DNA of 57,322 nt. It comes from Chitinophaga pinensis (lineage in GTDB: Bacteria; Bacteroidota; Bacteroidia; NS11-12g; UBA955). Shown in pieces: positions 1-7,217 of this stretch; the stretch's first letter is position 1; each line of letters begins with the position of its first letter. Location of the stretch: contig CAMBFD010000006.1 of assembly GCA_945865625.1 (NCBI GenBank), positions 1 to 57,322 of the forward strand, given 5' to 3'. Made by a program: the position numbers and the translations under genes. The notes beneath the pieces are model-generated. The model was not told the origin of the DNA. It ran no database searches and saw only the letters and a program-made list of their open reading frames with translations.

Positions 1-231
1 TTCATAAATTTTATTTTCTTTTTTTAGAAGAACTTTTGTGGCTTTGAAATTTTCACCAGGATTGTATATGTCAAATGAAATCTCCTGCAATGAATTTGAT
101 TTAATTTTATAAGTATTGACACCTGTAATACCCGTTTTCAATGGCAAAAACAACCCACCAATGAGTACATATAGTACAAGGAGAACGCCTCCAATTTTCA
201 TTAATAGGTATTTTTTTGAATTATGATTCAT
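1..231 (-). CDS. 5' part of a membrane protein, possibly cytochrome c biogenesis CcmC/CcsA-like (runs off the window start)
   Basis: Not in the ORF track. ATG at 231 overlaps the proline dehydrogenase stop and the frame is open to base 1: MNHNSKKYLLMKIGGVLLVLYVLIGGLFLPLKTG... The N-terminal TM helix resembles Bacteroidota CcsA/CcmC N-termini (from memory). Confidence 0.5.
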   Translation of the reverse strand, partial: MNHNSKKYLLMKIGGVLLVLYVLIGGLFLPLKTGITGVNTYKIKSNSLQEISFDIYNPGENFKATKVLLKKENKIYE

Positions 232-1390
232 TTCTTCTACGTTTAATCTCGGTGTCAATCAATCCCAACTCGCGCCCCATTTGACCAGCGACACTGCTAT
301 TTTCTTGGGCCCTTCTTGTGAGGTATGGAATAACAGCATTCACCGGACCATAAGGAACATATTTCGCAACATTGTATTTAGAATGAGATAAATTGAAACT
401 AATATGATCGCTCATTCCAAGCAATTGAGAAAAATAAACCCTTGTATCGGTTTTATCCAATCCCTTTTCTGTCATCAATTGAACACCTAACATTGAACTA
501 TTTTCATTATGTGTTCCAACACAAATACTTACTTTATCGGAATTCTCGATACAAAACTTCAATGCCTCATTATAATCGCTATCAGTACTTTCTTTGTTTG
601 GTTGAATTGGATCTTGATAACCAAATTCAATGGCTCTGGCCCTTTCCTTTTCCATATAAGCCCCACGCACCAATTTAAATCCTAGAAATGCACTTGTCGT
701 TTTAATTTGATCTTTCAAATAAGCAAATCTATCGTGGCGATACAATTGCACTGTATTATAAATCAAAGCTTTAGTAGTATTGACTTCGCCCATGGCTTGT
801 TCAGCAAGTTGGTCAATGGCCAACTGAATCCATGATTCTTCTGCATCAATAAATAAACGCACATCATTTTTTTGAGCATGATAACAGATATCAAAAAATC
901 TTGCTTTACCATTGTCCCACAATGTTTGCTCAGATTCACTTAATTCAATGTTCGATGAAACCTTTTCAAGGACATGAGAGTCAATGATACCTGTTACTTT
1001 AAAAACTGCGAAAGGAATCGAAGCATTGCCATGTGCCATGTCAATCGTTTTTATAATTTCCGCAGCAGTAGATACAAATACGAGTTCGCTTTCTTCACCC
1101 TCAACTGAATAATCGAGAATTGTGCCAATGCCAGATTTTGCAAGCTGTTGAATAGCGTGAATGCATTCTTGGATGTTTTCACCACCACAAAATTGCTTGA
1201 AAATCGTGTCTTTAATCACAAATTTAAATCCCAAAGAAACTGCAATTTTCGCTAATCCTGGCCCCCATTTTAGCAAAATCGGATAATCGAATGAACGAAA
1301 AAGTAAACGAGCCCTACCTAAATCCTTATCGGTTTTATGTGCAAAAGCTGTTGCAGTATCCTGAAAAGAGATGTTTGAATTCACCTGCAT
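221..1390 (-). CDS. Proline dehydrogenase (monofunctional)
   Basis: Motifs FIDAEE, KLVRGAYME, GTHN, QLLGM and YVPYG...YLTRRAQEN. Confidence 0.92.
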   Translation of the reverse strand: MQVNSNISFQDTATAFAHKTDKDLGRARLLFRSFDYPILLKWGPGLAKIAVSLGFKFVIKDTIFKQFCGGENIQECIHAIQQLAKSGIGTILDYSVEGEESELVFVSTAAEIIKTIDMAHGNASIPFAVFKVTGIIDSHVLEKVSSNIELSESEQTLWDNGKARFFDICYHAQKNDVRLFIDAEESWIQLAIDQLAEQAMGEVNTTKALIYNTVQLYRHDRFAYLKDQIKTTSAFLGFKLVRGAYMEKERARAIEFGYQDPIQPNKESTDSDYNEALKFCIENSDKVSICVGTHNENSSMLGVQLMTEKGLDKTDTRVYFSQLLGMSDHISFNLSHSKYNVAKYVPYGPVNAVIPYLTRRAQENSSVAGQMGRELGLIDTEIKRRRNES

Positions 1391-1485
1391 AATCCTTTCT
1401 ACAAAGAAACATCAAAAGGTCGATAGCAGAAAGAAAAATCTTCGAAAAGTGCGAAAAATATTGGGGAAACGAATCCGCAATTGTG

Positions 1486-3186
1486 TTAAATCAATCTCAA
1501 ATGCAATTTTTCAATAACCGTCGACAAATCCTTGTGCTTTTTTAAGAAATAATCGAGCTTTTCCTTGTCGGTGTATGGTCTTTTTTCAGTTTCTTCAACC
1601 GCACCCATCACTACAAGAACATTGTTAATGGTACTTCTTGATTTTTTAATCAAAAATTGCAACATCTGAATACGAATGTCTTCCATTGCCAATTCTTGCG
1701 CTTTGCTTGAAACAGTAAAAACAACTTGTTGTCCCTCCAAATGAAACAAAATCGACTTAATCAAGCCACTCACTCTCGAACTTTGCGACAGAGAGAATTC
1801 TTCCATCATTTGGTGAATGCTCGGTATAATAACATCTGCATTCATTGAAAGGGCAACCTCTTCCGAAGGTTTAGTGTCTAAGTTTTGAATCTCAGAATTT
1901 GAATCTACTTGAGCACTAATTTCCTTCTCTAACTTCTTTTGCTTGAATGTATTTCGGTCGAGTTTCCCCAGCCTGGTGGAGGTAATCTTTTCTTCAATAT
2001 GTTCTTTGATTGTTGGAACGGCCCTATCTTTTGAAACCACAGTATTTACTGTTGTCTTGGGGGGGGAGCTAAAATTAGGATTGGCTAATTTTTTTTTTAT
2101 ATCCTCCAAAGTGGGGATTTCCGAAATAAATTGCGCTAAATGTGCCAACTTTATGAGCATGAGCTCTATGAGAAGCCTCGGATTCCGACTAAACTTATAT
2201 TTTTCGTCGGTTTCATTGGTTAAATTCAAAGCATTGATAATTAGCCCCAAATCGAGCATTTTGGTTTGTTCAAGGTATTTCAATTTGAACGCTTGTGATA
2301 CATCTAACAATCGAAGTGTACTTTCGTCTTTACAAACCATTAAGTTTCTAAAATGTTGAGCCATGCCTGAAATAAACAATGAACCATCAAAACCTTTATT
2401 GAGAACATTATCGAAAATTAACAAAGCTTCAGCAATGTTTTGATGAATCAAAGTCTCTGTTACATCAAAGAAAGTATCAACATCGAGAATATTTAAGATT
2501 TCTACTGCCTTTTCATAGGTTACGTCACCTCTTGAGAAACTCACCAATTGATCGAACAAACTTAAAGCATCGCGCAATCCTCCATCTGCCTTTCTCGCAA
2601 TTAGGTGCAAAGCGTCATCAGAAGCCACAATATTCTCATTTTGAGCGATCATTTTAAGGTGCTCAACCATGTCTGAAGCTTCAATACGGTTGAAGTTGAA
2701 AACTTGGCAACGACTTAAGATAGTTGGAAGAATTTTATGTTTTTCAGTAGTCGCTAAAATAAAAATAGCATACGATGGTGGTTCTTCTAATGTTTTAAGG
2801 AAAGCATTAAAAGCGGCTGTCGACAACATGTGAACCTCGTCTATAATATAGACTTTATACTTTCCTACTTGAGGTGGTATTCTCACTTGATCTATTAAGT
2901 GACGAATGTCATCGACTGAATTATTTGAAGCGGCATCCAATTCAAAGATATTGAAAGCAAAATCCTGATTGGGATCTATGTTTTCATCTTGAATGTTAAT
3001 GACTTTAGCCAGGATTCTGGCGCATGTTGTTTTACCAACACCTCTCGGACCAGTAAACAAAAAAGCTTGAGCCAATTTGTTTCCGGTAATTTCGTGCATT
3101 AAAGTTTCGGCAACATGTTTTTGACCCACTACATCAGCAAATGTAGAAGGACGGTATTTACGGGCTGAAACGATGAATTGCTGCAC
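1486..3186 (-). CDS. dnaX: DNA polymerase III subunit tau/gamma
   Basis: ARKYRP, Walker A GPRGVGKTT, DAAS, IIDEVHML and SRC. Start moved to GTG 3186 (VQQFIVSARKYRP) from the ORF-track start at 3234. Confidence 0.96.
   Translation of the reverse strand: MQQFIVSARKYRPSTFADVVGQKHVAETLMHEITGNKLAQAFLFTGPRGVGKTTCARILAKVINIQDENIDPNQDFAFNIFELDAASNNSVDDIRHLIDQVRIPPQVGKYKVYIIDEVHMLSTAAFNAFLKTLEEPPSYAIFILATTEKHKILPTILSRCQVFNFNRIEASDMVEHLKMIAQNENIVASDDALHLIARKADGGLRDALSLFDQLVSFSRGDVTYEKAVEILNILDVDTFFDVTETLIHQNIAEALLIFDNVLNKGFDGSLFISGMAQHFRNLMVCKDESTLRLLDVSQAFKLKYLEQTKMLDLGLIINALNLTNETDEKYKFSRNPRLLIELMLIKLAHLAQFISEIPTLEDIKKKLANPNFSSPPKTTVNTVVSKDRAVPTIKEHIEEKITSTRLGKLDRNTFKQKKLEKEISAQVDSNSEIQNLDTKPSEEVALSMNADVIIPSIHQMMEEFSLSQSSRVSGLIKSILFHLEGQQVVFTVSSKAQELAMEDIRIQMLQFLIKKSRSTINNVLVVMGAVEETEKRPYTDKEKLDYFLKKHKDLSTVIEKLHLRLI
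2089..2098 (-). other. A10 homopolymer, candidate programmed slippage/frameshift site in dnaX
   Basis: Minus strand reads GAT ATA AAA AAA AAA TTA GCC AAT CCT AAT. Both shifted frames stop within 1-5 codons. Confidence 0.7.
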
Positions 3187-3299
3187 AGTGCAAAATAACT
3201 CTAATATTTTGTTCTGTACAACAGAACTTTTCAACGCTTTCTAACTTTAATCAACATTTTTAGATATTCTTTCCATTTTCCCATTATTTTGCATTTGTT

Positions 3300-3824
3300 A
3301 TGAATATTGGAGATATTTTAAAGCCTTTTCAACTGAAGAGCACCAAAAATGAAATGGTAAGTTCTTATGATTTTTCAGATAAATATGCTTTCCTAGTTCT
3401 TGTAACCTCAAATCATTGCCCATATTCCCAAGCATACTGGCCTAGAATGATAAAATTGGCTCACACATTTGAAGAAGATAACCTCGGTTTTGTAGCAATC
3501 TGCGGAAATGATCCCTCAGTTCAACCTCAAGATAGTTTCGACAACATGAAACAATTGGCAACCCAATTTAGACTGCCATTCCCCTATTTACATGATGAAA
3601 ATCAAAATGTTATGAGAAACTTGGGTGCTCAAAAAACTCCAGAAGTTTTCTTATTTAATCAAAAGAGAGAATTGGTTTACAAAGGTGCAATTGACGATAG
3701 CTGGGAAAATGAAGCCACCGTTATGAGTGTTCATCTTGAAGATGCAATTGAATATACCTTAGATGGCATTGATATCGATTACCCAGAAGTTGATGCCGTA
3801 GGTTGCAGTATCAAATGGAAATAA
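3300..3824 (+). CDS. Thioredoxin-fold AhpC/TSA redoxin family protein
   Basis: SNHCPY, FPYLHD, TPEVFLF, YKGAIDD and C-terminal GCSIKWK. Confidence 0.85.
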   Translation: MNIGDILKPFQLKSTKNEMVSSYDFSDKYAFLVLVTSNHCPYSQAYWPRMIKLAHTFEEDNLGFVAICGNDPSVQPQDSFDNMKQLATQFRLPFPYLHDENQNVMRNLGAQKTPEVFLFNQKRELVYKGAIDDSWENEATVMSVHLEDAIEYTLDGIDIDYPEVDAVGCSIKWK

Positions 3825-4631
3825 ATGACAAAAGTAGCCATCATTACTGGAGCAAGCAGCGGCATTGGCCGTTCTCTGGCACTCAAAGGTGCTGAACTAG
3901 GCTATCATTTGTCGCTATTCGCCAGAAATATGGCCGCACTTGAATCCCTCAAAAGTGAGATTCAACAATTTTCTTCCGTAGAAGTATTATTGGTAAAAGG
4001 CGATGTAAGCATACATGATGACTGTGCTCGTCTTATAGACCAAACGGTTGAGAAATTTCATCATATTGACATTCTCATCAACAACGCAGGCATTAGTATG
4101 CGTTCATTATTTAAGGATGTGGATTTGAAGGTTATTGAATCTTTAATGAATACAAATTTCTGGGGTACAGTTTACTGTACGAAATTTGCACTTCCGCACC
4201 TACTCAATAGAAAAGGTACTGTAGTTGGTGTTTCTTCGATTGCTGGATTCAAAGGTTTACCCGCAAGAACGGGTTATTCAGCAAGTAAATTTGCAATGCA
4301 TGGATTTCTTGAAAGTTTGAGGGTTGAAAATCTCAAAACCGGACTAAATGTATTGATTGCTTGTCCGGGTTATACAAATTCAAACATTCGAAACACCGCA
4401 CTAAATAAAGATGGATTCGCTCAAGGCGACACCCCATTGAATGAAAGTAAACTTATGTCTTCAGAAAAGGTTGCCATGGAAATTTGGAACGCCATTGAAA
4501 AGCACAAACGATATTTAATTCTTACGCTTCAAGGAAAATTAGCTGTATTTTTAAATAAGGTTTCAACCAGACTCACCGATATTTTAACGTATAATGTCAT
4601 TAAAAAAGAACCAGATTCACCATTTAAATAA
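3825..4631 (+). CDS. Short-chain dehydrogenase/reductase
   Basis: TGASSGIG, NNAG and the catalytic YSASK. Confidence 0.93.
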   Translation: MTKVAIITGASSGIGRSLALKGAELGYHLSLFARNMAALESLKSEIQQFSSVEVLLVKGDVSIHDDCARLIDQTVEKFHHIDILINNAGISMRSLFKDVDLKVIESLMNTNFWGTVYCTKFALPHLLNRKGTVVGVSSIAGFKGLPARTGYSASKFAMHGFLESLRVENLKTGLNVLIACPGYTNSNIRNTALNKDGFAQGDTPLNESKLMSSEKVAMEIWNAIEKHKRYLILTLQGKLAVFLNKVSTRLTDILTYNVIKKEPDSPFK

Positions 4632-4738
4632 ATTTAAAGTTTAATGTTTAGCGTTTAAAGTTATTGATATTGATTTAGTTTCAAAAATTATATCAAAACG
4701 CAAAACCAACATTAAACTTTAATCAATAAACTTTAAAC
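4632..4738. repeat. Inverted heptamer-repeat element, copy A
   Basis: Left arm ATTTAAA GTTTAAT GTTTAGC GTTTAAA GTTATTG (4632-4666). Right arm ATTAAAC TTTAATC AATAAAC TTTAAAC (4711-4738). Confidence 0.7.
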
Positions 4739-4747
4739 TCCAAATAA

Positions 4748-5305
4748 ATGAATATCAACGAAGTTATAACCGTATTTTTTACACTTTTTGCTGTAATTGA
4801 CATGTTAGGATCAATTCCTATTTTGGTATCATTGAAAGAAAAAATTCCAGATATTAATCCTACAAAAGTCACTTTGGCGTCTGCGGCCTTAATGATTGGT
4901 TTTTTATATGTTGGAGATTATTTCTTGAAATATTTGGGTATCGACATTAAGTCGTTTGCCCTTGCCGGAAGCATTGTGATGTTCATTTTAGCATTGGAAA
5001 TGGTTTTGGGAATCGATATATTCAGAACTGATCCCAATACTCCAAGCGGCAGTATTGTGCCAGTTGCATTTCCTATCATAGCGGGTTCAGGAACATTAAC
5101 AACGATTTTATCTTTAAAGGCTATTTACGATAAAAGCACTATTTTAATGGGAATTTTGCCAAATATATTGTTGATTTTCATTGTTTTGAATACAACAGGG
5201 TTCATTGAAAAGAAAATTGGAAAAGCCGGAATGATTACAATCCGTAAATTTTTCGGAGTGATATTGCTTGCAATCGCTGTAAAGTTGTTTAAGGGGAATA
5301 TTTAA
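4748..5305 (+). CDS. MarC family membrane protein
   Basis: LFAVID..G, FALAG, VPVAFPIIAGSG and GVILLAIAV; multiple TM helices. Confidence 0.9.
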   Translation: MNINEVITVFFTLFAVIDMLGSIPILVSLKEKIPDINPTKVTLASAALMIGFLYVGDYFLKYLGIDIKSFALAGSIVMFILALEMVLGIDIFRTDPNTPSGSIVPVAFPIIAGSGTLTTILSLKAIYDKSTILMGILPNILLIFIVLNTTGFIEKKIGKAGMITIRKFFGVILLAIAVKLFKGNI

Positions 5306-6354
5306 CCCAAATACAACACTGTCATTTGATCCATAATTCTTTTGGAATCAATTTTATTTAATAATATCGAGCGTTTTTGCAATTGTTGAATTCGAGTGTC
5401 ATCGTTGGTTAATAGCACCAACTGCGAAGCCAGTTCTCGTTCGTCATTTGGATGAAAATACAACGCTGAATCCCCTGCCAATTCTGTAAAAATGGCATTC
5501 CTCGAAACTGCCATGGGTAATCCCACTGCGGCAGCTTCCGCCAATGGAATTCCAAATCCCTCAAGTAAACTTGGATACACAAATGCCGATGCGTTTTTCA
5601 TCAATTCGAACATTTGATCTTGCTGAACATTCAAAATTATTTCTACCCTATCTTGAAGTCCTAACTGATTGATTTGATTCTGAATAAACCCTGCCATTTC
5701 ACCATCTAATCCAGCCAATTTTAAATTCCAATTGTGTTGTTTTTTCGACAATTCAAAAGCTTGAATGAGGGTTAAATGATTCTTGCGTTTTGTGAAACTC
5801 GAAGTGTAAATGAAGTATTTTTCATCATTTAAAAAATGAGCCTTGTGATTATAATATTCTGAATCTACAGCTTGATATACAACCTCAATCTTTCCTTCTT
5901 TAACTTTATAGTATTTTTGAATCTCACTTGCTGTGGCTTCACTTGTGGCAATCACTTTGTCGGATTTCACCAATGCAAAACTTGTTTTTAAATGATAGAT
6001 TTTCCGATCAAAAAATGGGTAATAATCTGGAAATTGCTTAAAAATGACATCGTGAATGGTCACCACTTTTCTAATTTTTTGAGGGATATCAAATGGCAAT
6101 TCGTTCGATAACCCATGAAACACCTCGATTTTCTCCTTGGAAATGGATTTACCCATGCCCCAAGTTCTCCATAGCTTCGAATTTGATGTAGGGTAAACAA
6201 TTGATTCACTGGTATTTTCAATCAATTTGGGAACAAAAAGTTTCAATTCCCAACTCGGATGAAATTGATGTAAATCGGCAATCAACTTTCTAGAATAGTT
6301 TCCCAAACCAGAAGCATTTTGATAAAACCGTTTTGCATCAAATCCAATACGCAT
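5302..6354 (-). CDS. Glycosyltransferase family 4 (GT-B)
   Basis: MRIGFDAKR, VVTIHD, RKN and YPSLLEGFGIPLAEA. Confidence 0.9.
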   Translation of the reverse strand: MRIGFDAKRFYQNASGLGNYSRKLIADLHQFHPSWELKLFVPKLIENTSESIVYPTSNSKLWRTWGMGKSISKEKIEVFHGLSNELPFDIPQKIRKVVTIHDVIFKQFPDYYPFFDRKIYHLKTSFALVKSDKVIATSEATASEIQKYYKVKEGKIEVVYQAVDSEYYNHKAHFLNDEKYFIYTSSFTKRKNHLTLIQAFELSKKQHNWNLKLAGLDGEMAGFIQNQINQLGLQDRVEIILNVQQDQMFELMKNASAFVYPSLLEGFGIPLAEAAAVGLPMAVSRNAIFTELAGDSALYFHPNDERELASQLVLLTNDDTRIQQLQKRSILLNKIDSKRIMDQMTVLYLG

Positions 6355-7169
6355 TATACCGCTACGTTAAAGTCCCTCAGTGCCTGATTTAAGGAGGTTT
6401 TTGTATCTGTACTTTCTTTTCTTTGACCAATGATCAAAGCGGCAGGAACATAAAATTCACCACCTGTAAATTCTTTTTTAATGCTACCTGGAATCACCAC
6501 ACTTCTCGGAGGTATATATCCTCTAGGCAACTCTTCACCCGTATTTACATCAAACACTTTGGTACTCATTGTTAGTGTTAAGCCAGCGCCTAAAACTGCT
6601 TCTTTACCCACATGAACACCTTCAACCACAATGCATCTACTTCCTACAAAACAATCGTCTTCAATAATCACTGGAGCCGCTTGAACTGGCTCTAATACTC
6701 CGCCAATTCCAACGCCACCGCTTAAATGAACGTTTTTACCTATTTGAGCGCAGCTTCCAACCGTTGCCCAAGTATCGACCATGGTTCCGGCATCAACAAA
6801 AGCGCCAATATTCACATAAGATGGCATTAATATTACCCCAGGGGAAATGTATGCCCCATGACGCGCCACTGCATGCGGTACAACCCGAATGCCTAATTCT
6901 TTATAATTCTTTTTCAACGGCATTTTATCATAAAATTCCATTGGACCAGCGTTAGAAACCGACATTTCACGCGTTGGAAAATATAAAATCACCGCCTTTT
7001 TCACCCAATCATTGACTGACCAAGTGCCATCAGAATTGGGCTGAGCCACCCTTAATCGACCTTTATCTAACTCTTCAATGATGTCTTCAATGATTTTAAC
7101 ATTTTCAACATTTTTCAACAATTCGCGATTATTCCAAATTTCTTCAATAATTTGCTGATGATTTTGCAT
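6354..7169 (-). CDS. dapD: Tetrahydrodipicolinate N-succinyltransferase
   Basis: WVKKAVILYF, MPSYVNIGA, VDTWATVGSCAQIG and GGVLEP. Confidence 0.96.
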   Translation of the reverse strand: MQNHQQIIEEIWNNRELLKNVENVKIIEDIIEELDKGRLRVAQPNSDGTWSVNDWVKKAVILYFPTREMSVSNAGPMEFYDKMPLKKNYKELGIRVVPHAVARHGAYISPGVILMPSYVNIGAFVDAGTMVDTWATVGSCAQIGKNVHLSGGVGIGGVLEPVQAAPVIIEDDCFVGSRCIVVEGVHVGKEAVLGAGLTLTMSTKVFDVNTGEELPRGYIPPRSVVIPGSIKKEFTGGEFYVPAALIIGQRKESTDTKTSLNQALRDFNVAV

Positions 7170-7184
7170 GTTTTTATTATTTAT

Positions 7185-7194
7185 GCAAATTTGC
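7185..7194. promoter_or_regulatory. Palindromic GCAAATTTGC, candidate bidirectional -7 promoter core
   Basis: CAAATTTG (one mismatch to TAnnTTTG) reads on both strands in the 48-bp gap between divergent dapD and the S9 peptidase. Confidence 0.4.
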
Positions 7195-7217
7195 GAAAGA
7201 AAATTGGTAAACCCTCA

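Noticed and set aside
4632-4738. Heptamer elements as a CRISPR array
   Set aside because: No 25-45 nt repeats with unique spacers and no cas genes.
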